Shown: positions 16,932 to 25,368 of the stretch, one piece after another | Layout of the letters: each line of letters opens with the position of its first letter | Position numbering within the stretch: position 1 is the first letter of the stretch | Source of the DNA: a virus | Taxonomy: Duplodnaviria > Caudoviricetes | DNA: 64,000 nucleotides | Direction: 5' to 3' (one strand) | IMG/VR virus record: IMGVR_UViG_2706795806_000001 | Span: 35,731 to 99,730 of that record | Translations under genes and position numbers: made by a program | The notes under the pieces: model-generated | The model's database searches: none | Told to the model about the DNA's origin: nothing | The model's input: only the letters and a program-made list of their open reading frames with translations

Positions 16932-17348
16932 ATGATTACACCATACAAGGGCAGAGAGATAGACTTTACAAAGACTGTAATGATTTACAAGAATCTTACA
17001 AATGGTCTATGGAGCATTAAACAAGGTGGAAAGGTTGTAGGTCATGCCAATTGCTTTCTATTGCGCTCTACTGAATTTAAAGTATCTGAAGCAACTAGAC
17101 AAAGAGTTATAGCAGAACGTAAAAAGTATGTACACGCTTTTGTTATTGGTTATCTTGATCCTAAATGTCCTTTGGATTTAGAAGTATTAGAGCTTGACAA
17201 ACGTATAACATACAACCCATTTAAATCAGGATCATTTCTATTTGTTACAAATGAATACTTGACACCAATAAAGAATGATGGTTCAATGTATTATATTCAT
17301 GGCGGTAATGGCTTAGGTCATTTACATTTAGTTAAATATTCAGCTTAA
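16932..17348 (+). CDS. conserved-looking phage hypothetical protein
   Basis: YKNL...WSI, RKKYVHAFVIG, TYNPFK motifs. Confidence 0.85.
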   Translation: MITPYKGREIDFTKTVMIYKNLTNGLWSIKQGGKVVGHANCFLLRSTEFKVSEATRQRVIAERKKYVHAFVIGYLDPKCPLDLEVLELDKRITYNPFKSGSFLFVTNEYLTPIKNDGSMYYIHGGNGLGHLHLVKYSA

Positions 17349-17376
17349 TTCATCAACTCAACAAAAGGCTATCAAC

Positions 17377-17562
17377 ATGCTAAACAATCCACTATTAAAC
17401 GACCATCAAACTATCTTGCTAAACTCCAAAGGCTATGAGCTTGTACAGTCAAACCTAGACGGACAATACAACCTAGTGGACAATAGAAATGGCTTAGTTA
17501 TACATAGCACTCATAAGCTTTCTATCATGGTCAAATACCTATCAGGAATGAGCTACATATAA
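17377..17562 (+). CDS. hypothetical protein
   Basis: AAAGG RBS; 61 aa. Confidence 0.65.
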   Translation: MLNNPLLNDHQTILLNSKGYELVQSNLDGQYNLVDNRNGLVIHSTHKLSIMVKYLSGMSYI

Positions 17563-17623
17563 CAATTAGTTAGGTGTAAGCCTTCTATTCATAACATGTA
17601 GTTATAATTAACTACTCATTAGT

Positions 17624-17650
17624 AGCCTACTGTCATGCAGTGGGCTTTCT
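17624..17650 (+). terminator. rho-independent terminator
   Basis: AGCCTACTG-TCATG-CAGTGGGCT followed by TTCT. Confidence 0.6.
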
Positions 17651-18072
17651 GTCGTCTGTAATCACAGCACACACATATCTAACACAGCCATAGGCACTAT
17701 GTCCACTCTAAATGGCTATGTAAGCTCGTTTAAGCTCATGTAAGGGCTATGGGTATGTCATTGTACCACTCATATATAAACAACGCTTAAAACGCATTAG
17801 AGAAGCTTACAGAGCTGATGCCATCCCATACCACGATATTAGATAAAAGTCAAAAGTTAAATCGTTAGATATTTGTAAAGTTTTGTAGATATTTCAATTC
17901 TTCAGTTGACTTTATTTCAGGGGTGTGGTAGGGTCTGTTAAAGCCATAATCTGATAATACCTCAAGAATAAAACTCTGTAGATATTTTGACCTATAGAAA
18001 AAGACCTCAAGAAATATAAACTCAAGGTCTAAAAATTTTAAAAATCGAAAATGCACCTAGAAATAAAATTCC

Positions 18073-18354
18073 CTAGTCACCATAAATTTTCTTGTATGCT
18101 TCTGATCCAACCCTCACTCCTTCTGCTGTAAATTCAGGAGGTGGATAGTTTTTATCATGATCCTCAACTACCCAACCACACTCACAAACTCCATAGACAT
18201 AGATACACTTATGAGGTCTACTTTCTTCTTCCACTGGAACTTTCCCAGCAAGAGCCGATCTTAGATCATAGTACAACTTCATCTCAAGGTTTCCCGAAGG
18301 AGTGAAGTCATCAAGAATTGCTTCTATCAGTTTTAATTTATCCGACATCTTCAT
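18073..18354 (-). CDS. hypothetical protein with H/C cluster
   Basis: HKCIYVYGVCECG. Confidence 0.7.
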   Translation of the reverse strand: MKMSDKLKLIEAILDDFTPSGNLEMKLYYDLRSALAGKVPVEEESRPHKCIYVYGVCECGWVVEDHDKNYPPPEFTAEGVRVGSEAYKKIYGD

Positions 18355-18628
18355 TTGGAATCTTCTCCAGAATCTCTGCCAATGTTTTCAAAGTATCCCC
18401 TGATAAAACCACACGAGCTGTATTGTTGATACGACCTGATAGCAAATTTATCTGTTTTGATATGTTTAGAAAACTCTTCAGCTTTGATGCTATACGTGGC
18501 ACTTCATCTTTAGCTCTTCGACCCATTCCGATATAAAAGTTCTTATCTTTCTCTGGATCATAGGCATTCAATTTCTCAATCACTCTTTCTAGTTGATGAG
18601 TGTCCATCTCTATGGATAAGTCTGTCAT
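18338..18628 (-). CDS. hypothetical protein
   Basis: GAGGAG RBS, ATG 18628. Confidence 0.75.
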   Translation of the reverse strand: MTDLSIEMDTHQLERVIEKLNAYDPEKDKNFYIGMGRRAKDEVPRIASKLKSFLNISKQINLLSGRINNTARVVLSGDTLKTLAEILEKIPNEDVG

Positions 18629-18871
18629 AATTAATCTCCTCTTTTGGTTTGTGCATGACACAGTTCATAACACTCTTGATCTGCTCCTTCTCATACTCTG
18701 TAAGTTTTGAGATGGCATCTAGGGCTTTATAGAAGTTCCTACTTCTGTTATTCAAGTCTAGCATTATATCACAGCTATTAGCATGTAAGGTATCCATGTA
18801 CAAAACGATAGATACCAAATAAATGCGACAAGACCTATCAGGATAATCCAGTCAATAATCTTGCCTACCAC

Positions 18872-19066
18872 CTATGCCACCACTGTAATAGCGAATGACT
18901 CATCATCCATAATCAACTTACCTTCAGTGAGTAGCAACTCGACATCACCACTGCACATATCAATTCCTTTTAAATATTGTCTTAGATATTCTTCAGTATC
19001 GAATACCTTTAAATCTACATCAATGTAATTTCTTGGTGTAGAAGCTACAGCTAAAACGTAACTCAT
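18872..19066 (-). CDS. hypothetical protein
   Basis: GAGGA RBS. Confidence 0.7.
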   Translation of the reverse strand: MSYVLAVASTPRNYIDVDLKVFDTEEYLRQYLKGIDMCSGDVELLLTEGKLIMDDESFAITVVA

Positions 19067-19075
19067 ATTTTCCTC

Positions 19076-19399
19076 CTATTGTACACAAGTCTTTTGTCCA
19101 TCCGTTACAACTAAGACAGAACATTTACTGTAATCGAAATCACTGGATTTGTCTGTTTCAGCCTCTTTAGGGATACATACAACTTCATTCTTACTGTTCA
19201 GTTTGAAGTTCATCCCATTTAGTGTGCAAGTACGTCTGTCACGAGCTTGTTGATCTGGGAGGCTACGAGAGCCATCCTTATCTCTTACTGTACTGACATC
19301 TTCATCACTCTTTAATGCTGGGAAGATTATAGATGCCAAAATCCCAATAATAGCCACTACAATCATTAACTCAATTAGAGTGAAACCTTTGTTTTTCAT
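19076..19399 (-). CDS. type IV pilin-like protein (class III signal peptide)
   Basis: MKNKG/FTLIELMIVVAIIGILASIIFP prepilin cleavage/N-methylation motif with Glu+5; GGTGG RBS. Confidence 0.9.
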   Translation of the reverse strand: MKNKGFTLIELMIVVAIIGILASIIFPALKSDEDVSTVRDKDGSRSLPDQQARDRRTCTLNGMNFKLNSKNEVVCIPKEAETDKSSDFDYSKCSVLVVTDGQKTCVQ

Positions 19400-19637
19400 A
19401 ACACCACCTATGTAGTTTTTGTCCGTAGTATATTGACTCAGGACAATGTTCAAAATATCCGTAAGCCCAATAACCTACGCACTTACCTCTAGCCCAATAA
19501 GACTTCTCAGAGGTACAAGGGCTTCCCCAAGCCTCCAAGCTATCTTCGACCCTTTCAGATATTCTACCGTACCTGATTAGGAAGTACAAGGACTTTAAGA
19601 ATAAAACAAGTTTAGTATATTGTTCTGTAACAAACAT
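19371..19637 (-). CDS. hypothetical protein
   Basis: GGAGG RBS; VGYWAYGYF motif. Confidence 0.6.
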   Translation of the reverse strand: MFVTEQYTKLVLFLKSLYFLIRYGRISERVEDSLEAWGSPCTSEKSYWARGKCVGYWAYGYFEHCPESIYYGQKLHRWCYEKQRFHSN

Positions 19638-19878
19638 CCCTACCTCCTATTGGAAGAATGATATTGTCAAACTTCCTTTCTCTGATCTTCCCACAATGCT
19701 TGCACTTACCAATATCGTATGAGAATAAGTACCAGCGATTAAATGCTTTAGGATAGTTTGGATGACCTCTTTTACATTCATGCTCCCAGTAATGAACCTC
19801 TTCGATTCGCTCAAATTCGCATGTGTGGAACAGCCTCCAGATTAAACCTTTCTTCCGTGTGTTGACGATAATCGGCAT
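19612..19878 (-). CDS. hypothetical Cys/His protein
   Basis: HTC...CKHCG. Confidence 0.65.
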   Translation of the reverse strand: MPIIVNTRKKGLIWRLFHTCEFERIEEVHYWEHECKRGHPNYPKAFNRWYLFSYDIGKCKHCGKIRERKFDNIILPIGGRDVCYRTIY

Positions 19879-20306
19879 GGTACACTCTCCAAAATTTTAA
19901 ACTTAATACTTGCAGAGAACCAAGATGTAGAATCATTAAAGATTTGTCCATATTCAACTGCTTCGACCTTGAAACGACTAAAAGCTTTAGGCATCTTACT
20001 TGCTGGGTATGTGGTGCATTCCCTCTCCCACCCATTTAGGGAGTACAGTTGAGCATCTGCTGAGTATCCCTCTTGGTATCTACCAAAATCAACCACCTTA
20101 TCTACAACTTGATGGTATTTTGAGATATCTTCAGCGACATAAAACTCTTTACCTAGTGGAATGTTTCTATTCAGGTGGTCAATGGCATTGAATCCATTTT
20201 GACTACTAAACCTGAACTGCTTCATTAGTTCAAATTCATCACCTTCACTGAGTTTAATAATCTTCAGGATTTCATCCTCCCAGAGATTCAACCTTTTAGC
20301 CATCAA
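19842..20306 (-). CDS. hypothetical protein
   Basis: 154-aa ORF; YPASKMPKAFSR motif. Confidence 0.7.
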   Translation of the reverse strand: MMAKRLNLWEDEILKIIKLSEGDEFELMKQFRFSSQNGFNAIDHLNRNIPLGKEFYVAEDISKYHQVVDKVVDFGRYQEGYSADAQLYSLNGWERECTTYPASKMPKAFSRFKVEAVEYGQIFNDSTSWFSASIKFKILESVPCRLSSTHGRKV

Positions 20307-20554
20307 ACTTTCCTCCCATAAAATTTATAAAACACTGTATCTGGTAGCGTAAAGAATCTTCCATCAAGAGTGAGGTATGTGATCCTTACATCTTCATACT
20401 CTCGACCTGATATTGGCATCTTATGCTTAGACTTCCTAAGTTCAACTACATGGACATCTTCTCTATCATCTCCCCATATCCCAATATACTTTGGAGATAA
20501 CAATCTTAATACAGATAGTGCAAACTTATTGATTATCAACATTCTCTCAAGCAT
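20303..20554 (-). CDS. hypothetical protein
   Basis: AGGAGG RBS. Confidence 0.7.
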   Translation of the reverse strand: MLERMLIINKFALSVLRLLSPKYIGIWGDDREDVHVVELRKSKHKMPISGREYEDVRITYLTLDGRFFTLPDTVFYKFYGRKV

Positions 20555-20562
20555 ACAACCTC

Positions 20563-20802
20563 CTAAATTGGGAAAACTTTTGTTGTGTCCACAGATTTAA
20601 ATTTCTCTTGAAACTCTGCCAGAGGTCTTGAGTAGATAACTCCACCCTCACTAACATACACAACAGTTTGTGGGAAGCCAGCACGACCTGAATACTCATT
20701 AGAGATAAACAGAACTCGATACTTGTTACCTGTTTTTGTGTGGATATACTCTCTTGACATTTTTGCCAACAACTTTAAAAGTAGAAGTTTCACCATTTCC
20801 AA
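20563..20802 (-). CDS. DUF1653-like protein (start uncertain)
   Basis: YIHTKTGNKYRVL...TVVY...YSRPLAEFQEKF. Confidence 0.75.
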   Translation of the reverse strand: MEMVKLLLLKLLAKMSREYIHTKTGNKYRVLFISNEYSGRAGFPQTVVYVSEGGVIYSRPLAEFQEKFKSVDTTKVFPI

Positions 20803-20960
20803 TATACTCCTTGATGACTATAGATGTCATAACATGCAAACATCAATAGTATTGCGAAAATTACACGACACATTAATGTCGCTTGTGTTGTTGTGCAGAA
20901 ACCCTCTACCCAAACAAAAAATGCCACCAATGCCGTGAGCATTGCTACTGCTAATATCAT
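20790..20960 (-). CDS. small two-TM membrane protein (not in ORF track)
   Basis: 56-aa hydrophobic ORF filling the gap, coupled to neighbours. Confidence 0.55.
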   Translation of the reverse strand: MILAVAMLTALVAFFVWVEGFCTTTQATLMCRVIFAILLMFACYDIYSHQGVYWKW

Positions 20961-21325
20961 CTGCTGTTCTCCAAATATGTCCGAATCACATCACCGTGAC
21001 ACTTCTCTGGTTTACAGAAGCAAACCAATGTCACAGGACTTTTACGACTTAACTCTAAAACCTTGTTTAGTGCAAGGTAAGAGTGTTCAGACAATCTCCT
21101 GTTGTATAGGTCAAATTCAAACTTCTCTATTGCACACTCCCTAGACTCAACTTTTACAACATCTTTGTATCGTGAATCTTTGTGGGTGTAAATATTACCT
21201 AAAGGGCTTCCACGACCTATGTATACGTGTGACCCATTAATAAATCCAGTGTCAAACATATCAATATGCTCAACACCCATCTTTACCACAGATATCGGAT
21301 TATCATCAAACATTTTATCCCTCAC
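20957..21325 (-). CDS. DUF4326-family protein
   Basis: VYIGRGSPLGN and LVCFCKPEKCHGDVI motifs. Confidence 0.85.
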   Translation of the reverse strand: MRDKMFDDNPISVVKMGVEHIDMFDTGFINGSHVYIGRGSPLGNIYTHKDSRYKDVVKVESRECAIEKFEFDLYNRRLSEHSYLALNKVLELSRKSPVTLVCFCKPEKCHGDVIRTYLENSR

Positions 21326-21512
21326 AATGATCTTGTAGTGTCTTCAGTAGGTGATTGTAATCCTTCTCCATACATTCGTCAAGAACTTTTACTATCTCAC
21401 TGCTAGTGAATCCTGACTCTTTAGCACAAGATTCCCAATGTGCCATTAATACAAAAGCATTTCCATCTTTACCTTCCAGATTACATACAGCTTTCTTATT
21501 TACAATACTCAT
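21315..21512 (-). CDS. hypothetical protein
   Basis: AGGAG RBS; GKDGNAF...DYNHLL. Confidence 0.8.
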   Translation of the reverse strand: MSIVNKKAVCNLEGKDGNAFVLMAHWESCAKESGFTSSEIVKVLDECMEKDYNHLLKTLQDHCEG

Positions 21513-21570
21513 ATTACTCTCCTAAATTAATTTCCCTCGATAGAGGGTACGAACCACGCCTGTCGGCAAC

Positions 21571-21608
21571 AAAAAAGACCTGCAAGCAGTCTAACGCTTC
21601 AGGTCTCT
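21571..21608 (-). terminator. rho-independent terminator (minus strand)
   Basis: AGACCTG...CAGGTCT hairpin with a T-run on the minus strand. Confidence 0.7.
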
Positions 21609-21612
21609 TGTG

Positions 21613-21894
21613 TCAAGTAACTTGTTCTAAAATTTTCTGGAAAAACAGCATTGCAAACAACTCATCATCATCCATACCAAGAAACCCTGATTGGTCAATC
21701 TCTTTTGCAAGACCATCAACACATCCAGATGCACCTTCAAGTAGCTCACTAAGCTCTTGTAACTGCTCTTCAGAGCAATCAGATTTAATTCCATTGAACA
21801 CATCACCAACTTTCTTCATGTCCTCTCTGAACCTAGTAGCGTTCTCAGGAGTCATATTACTTAAAGCATTCTTTGCAATATCGAAGCTAGTCAT
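21613..21894 (-). CDS. hypothetical protein
   Basis: GGAGGGAG RBS, ATG 21894. Confidence 0.7.
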   Translation of the reverse strand: MTSFDIAKNALSNMTPENATRFREDMKKVGDVFNGIKSDCSEEQLQELSELLEGASGCVDGLAKEIDQSGFLGMDDDELFAMLFFQKILEQVT

Positions 21895-22336
21895 AACTCC
21901 CTCCAGAACAACTTGAGCTTCCAGAGTCACTACCACTATCACTTGAATATGATGGTGTAGGTGAACTATATCCACCAGAGCAACGATCATCATCTCTGTG
22001 GCTGTTTGAGCTGAGAGCCGATCCCACTACCATCCCTGTCATCATGTGGTCATTTGATGTATTGTGGTGTATATGGTTAGATAACCCAGTGTGCCTACTT
22101 GAAGATACACTAGAACCAACAGAAGGCGACCTAGTTGGAATCTTAGCCTCTTGCACAATAGGTTTACTCTTCAGGCTACCAGAAACTGATACCGAACTCT
22201 TAATCACATTTATGTCAACAGGTTTCTGTGGTGAAACTTTCTTGGATTTCTTACTCATCTTTCTGAGGTACAGACCACCAAGAATTGTTAGAGATAAGAT
22301 AAATAAAATTAAAAATACTAAGCAAAATGTCGGCAT
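21887..22336 (-). CDS. membrane-anchored Ser/Gly-rich protein
   Basis: N-terminal TM helix; C-terminal SDSGSDSGSSSCSGG. Confidence 0.75.
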   Translation of the reverse strand: MPTFCLVFLILFILSLTILGGLYLRKMSKKSKKVSPQKPVDINVIKSSVSVSGSLKSKPIVQEAKIPTRSPSVGSSVSSSRHTGLSNHIHHNTSNDHMMTGMVVGSALSSNSHRDDDRCSGGYSSPTPSYSSDSGSDSGSSSCSGGSYD

Positions 22337-22409
22337 AGTTTACTCCTTAAATTGTAGAAATGATAAGTTGCGAAATCGTATGAAACTCCCAACCAAAATA
22401 GTGTAACCA

Positions 22410-22646
22410 TTATAAATCCTCCCGAATAACCTTTGAGTTGACCCCATTCTTCATTAGGGCTGTTCTTAGGTTGTTTAACCTTTCCTCTGTAATCTCCTCT
22501 ACGGACTGGTTTGTCATTCCGTATGGTTCAGACTCAAACTCATATAGAGTTATGTCTGAGAGCGTTACAGACTTCCTTAATCTGTGGTTCTTGTCTCCAA
22601 CAACCTTAAACTTTCTCGTAAGTACCTTAATAACTAAAATAGGCAA
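22410..22646 (-). CDS. hypothetical protein
   Basis: AGGAGG RBS, TTG start. Confidence 0.65.
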   Translation of the reverse strand: MPILVIKVLTRKFKVVGDKNHRLRKSVTLSDITLYEFESEPYGMTNQSVEEITEERLNNLRTALMKNGVNSKVIREDL

Positions 22647-22766
22647 TACCTCCTAAAACAACAACCAAGAAATTAGCATATCTAAACCAATTGAGGTCGA
22701 ACCCATCCTCATAGAGTTCGTCCCCAATGTATTTAATTAAATATAAAATTAAAATGTAGTATAGCA

Positions 22767-23021
22767 TCAAACTTTGGAATTCACACGATATGCACCTTTT
22801 CCATATAACGCATCACAAGCTTTCTGTGCTTTGTCTCGTGTAGGGCATTTGAAGTATGTCTTCCATCCAAGAGCATTCATGATCCAGAACCCTGAAGCAC
22901 ACTCTACAACATCGTAGTTTCTCGGATTGTCGATATAAGTCCTTACACCAACAATATAAACAACACCACCAGATAATGTTGCCTTCTGAATATCCTGTTC
23001 TTTAGAATCTTTAATAGCCAT
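22767..23021 (-). CDS. hypothetical protein
   Basis: GGAGGA RBS, ATG 23021. Confidence 0.8.
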   Translation of the reverse strand: MAIKDSKEQDIQKATLSGGVVYIVGVRTYIDNPRNYDVVECASGFWIMNALGWKTYFKCPTRDKAQKACDALYGKGAYRVNSKV

Positions 23022-23076
23022 GTCTTCCTCCAATATTTGATAAGTTGGTGAGTTTCCTCACCGTCTATTATACATA

Positions 23077-23313
23077 TTAATTCTGATTATTCAACCTTTG
23101 CTTTAGCTCTTGTATTTCGCTTTGGCTTTGAGTCAGGTTCGCTTGTAGCGTTACTTGGCTTGTTTCCAGTGTTGCTATTTTCGCTTCCAACTGAGATGCT
23201 GTCACCTTTAGTCTCTTCTTGCTCTTTAGCTTCTCCTGTACCAGACTCACTCCCGATTGTATCAGTGGCTTCAGTACCAGATTTATTACCAGTGGACTCT
23301 TCAGTATATTCAT
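23077..23313 (-). CDS. coiled-coil protein overlapping the next gene in another frame
   Basis: Strong AAGGAG RBS; heptad-rich C-terminus. Confidence 0.5.
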   Translation of the reverse strand: MNILKSPLVINLVLKPLIQSGVSLVQEKLKSKKRLKVTASQLEAKIATLETSQVTLQANLTQSQSEIQELKQRLNNQN

Positions 23314-23482
23314 TATTTACTCCTTCATATAAAACCATAGTGATTACGATATTTCCAAATTGTCGATTACATTGTAGAGGTAGAGGTTCATACCCTTTAT
23401 TTGTTAAATCGAATACAAATTTCGCTAGTGTAAAAGCATCTGCTGTACAAATAACTTTGTGATCTAAGATCAAACGACTCAT
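23087..23482 (-). CDS. hypothetical protein with low-complexity C-terminal tail
   Basis: AAGGAG RBS, ATG 23482; upstream TTGACT-N16-TATAAT promoter. Confidence 0.75.
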   Translation of the reverse strand: MSRLILDHKVICTADAFTLAKFVFDLTNKGYEPLPLQCNRQFGNIVITMVLYEGVNNEYTEESTGNKSGTEATDTIGSESGTGEAKEQEETKGDSISVGSENSNTGNKPSNATSEPDSKPKRNTRAKAKVE

Positions 23483-23836
23483 AATTAACTCCTTTCCGTT
23501 GAATGAGGTTGTATTATACATGACATCATGTAGAAGTCAAGACTTAATTTCATTATCTTGCACATTACAAAAGGTAACAATAATAAACTTGACAAATCAA
23601 TATTTCATGGTACTATAACTTTAGTTATCATTCTTTACGGAGTAAATTATATATTCATTAAGTTATTATCATTCTTTATTGTCTTTGTTTGTTCTTTAAG
23701 TTATTTTCTTTAAGAATAAACAAACAACTGTAATAATTATATAAATAAAATATTTAATTAATTACCAGTCAAATATATTTAATATAATAAATAATTAATT
23801 GTCAATACCTGTTTACATTTCTTTACACTAATTGTC

Positions 23837-23864
23837 TTGACTTTTCAGGAATCTGTGGTATAGT
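23837..23864 (+). promoter_or_regulatory. extended -10 promoter
   Basis: TTGACT-N16-TATAGT with TGTGG before the -10 box. Confidence 0.7.
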
Positions 23865-23913
23865 ATTATCATGAATTAGGAAATTTGTCAACAACTAAAT
23901 TGGAGAATGTAGT

Positions 23914-24087
23914 ATGAGATGTATCTGCTGTGATACTCCTCTACAATCTTTTGATGATCCTGATATGTGCAAGGTTTGTATTAAAGCAAGTGAGGATGAT
24001 ACAACAAAATATCGTGATCCACAACATGCACTTATCACTGATAAAGATTTTAGAGTAAAGTATAACCCACACAAACCATTACGGTGA
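23914..24087 (+). CDS. 57-aa putative zinc-binding protein (not in ORF track)
   Basis: GGAG RBS; MRCICCD...MCKVC. Confidence 0.7.
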   Translation: MRCICCDTPLQSFDDPDMCKVCIKASEDDTTKYRDPQHALITDKDFRVKYNPHKPLR

Positions 24088-24112
24088 GTTACAAAACTTT
24101 ACAATATAGTTC

Positions 24113-24140
24113 TTGACTTTTCAGAAAACTGTGGTATTAT
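24113..24140 (+). promoter_or_regulatory. probable tRNA-array promoter
   Basis: TTGACT-N16-TATTAT, near-duplicate of the 23837 promoter. Confidence 0.7.
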
Positions 24141-24242
24141 ATTAGTATAGTTTGAAGTTATTCCAATAATTAATTTAAAGTTACCTCCGATAACCAAAAA
24201 CAATTAATTTAATATTTTAATTAATTATAGGATATCAGATTT

Positions 24243-24331
24243 GGTAGATAGCGTCAAGGTGACAAAGTGGATTTGAAATCCATGCTATTGGTTAGTAGCC
24301 GATAAGGGTTCGATTCCTTTATCTACCTCCA
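24243..24331 (+). tRNA. tRNA-Ser(TGA)
   Basis: Cloverleaf, long variable arm, TTCGA, CCA. Confidence 0.9.
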
Positions 24332-24333
24332 AA

Positions 24334-24421
24334 GGGAGTTAGACGACTGTTGGTTGGTCGTAGCAGACTGTAAATCTGCCCTCACAAAGCATCATTGGTT
24401 CGATTCCAATAGCTCCCACCA
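24334..24421 (+). tRNA. tRNA-Tyr(GTA)
   Basis: GCAGA-CTGTAAA-TCTGC anticodon arm, CCA. Confidence 0.95.
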
Positions 24422-24428
24422 AGATTAT

Positions 24429-24517
24429 AGAGAATAAATAGCTTAGGTAGCTAGACTCCCTGCTAAGGAGATCGACTGATTAAATCGGTTTCGTTTCGAG
24501 TACGATGTTCTCTGCCA
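24429..24517 (+). tRNA. tRNA-Ser(GCT)
   Basis: CTGCTAA loop, long variable arm, GCCA. Confidence 0.9.
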
Positions 24518-24620
24518 TACATGCTTCGAGGTATTTCGCTACCGAAGATGTTGGGTTTGCCAGTATGACTTTAGGAAACTGGAATTAATTTTTTTAAATA
24601 ATTTAATTATGAGGTGTTAT

Positions 24621-24863
24621 ATGTTTGGTAAGAAAGTTACTTGTGCGAACAAGATTGCTAGTAAATCATTAGATGTTTTTGCTGGTGCTAAGGAACAGAT
24701 TCAAAGTGGTATGGATGAGATTGTAGCCAATCGTGCTAATCGTGTTGTCTTGAAAGAAGAGTTACAAGCTCAGTTAGCTGAAGTTTGTGGCGAGATTGAC
24801 AAAGATGATGAAAATCTTGCACTTTTGAAAGGTAAATTAGAAAGTATTGATAAACTGATTTAA
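24621..24863 (+). CDS. hypothetical coiled-coil protein
   Basis: GAGGTG RBS, ATG 24621. Confidence 0.8.
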   Translation: MFGKKVTCANKIASKSLDVFAGAKEQIQSGMDEIVANRANRVVLKEELQAQLAEVCGEIDKDDENLALLKGKLESIDKLI

Positions 24864-24931
24864 TCGGTTTTGAGATAGGCGGTGAATAAGGAATTCTCGA
24901 ATAATGGATATTACAAGAGACACCGCCACCT

Positions 24932-25008
24932 TACGTCATTGGTCGAGCGGATTAGGCATCACACTTCTAATGTGACTTACAGGGGTTCGAATCCTCTATG
25001 GCGTACCA
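24932..25008 (+). tRNA. tRNA-Arg(TCT)
   Basis: TCACA-CTTCTAA-TGTGA, CCA. Confidence 0.95.
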
Positions 25009-25095
25009 AGATTTATTATGGATGAATACAGATCATCGAAGCAGTTTAGCTACCCTGATTGGTTTGAGCAATATTCATCACATAATAAATTTTAA

Positions 25096-25170
25096 GGGTT
25101 GGTAACTCAGTGGTAGAGTGACTGTCTGAAGAACAGTAGGTCGTAAGTTCGATTCTTACCCTTCCCACCA
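25096..25170 (+). tRNA. tRNA-Phe(GAA)
   Basis: ACTGT-CTGAAGA-ACAGT; two U:U mismatches in the acceptor stem. Confidence 0.85.
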
Positions 25171-25287
25171 AATATAAACTGTGGAGATATAGTCCGATGT
25201 TTTGATGCAGTTCGTAACTGCCTAGCTACAGTGTTGTAGGTCATGTTAATCACGGATTGTGGTGGTTCGACTCCACCTCTAAACAAT

Positions 25288-25362
25288 AGCGGTATAGTGT
25301 AATAGGTAGCACGAAAGGCTCATAACCTTTTAGTTCGGGTTCGATTCCCGATACCGCAACCA
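25288..25362 (+). tRNA. tRNA-Met(CAT), initiator-like
   Basis: CTCATAA loop; 1:72 mismatch (A:A). Confidence 0.9.
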
Positions 25363-25368
25363 AACAAT

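Noticed and set aside
17295-17322. TTCATGGCGG resembling a type I-F CRISPR repeat (RNA anti-CRISPR)
   Set aside because: Only ~10 nt match, no repeat hairpin, and it lies inside a coding region (IHGGNG)
24560-24582. Hammerhead ribozyme (TGA...GAAAC)
   Set aside because: No CUGANGA core and no three-stem junction
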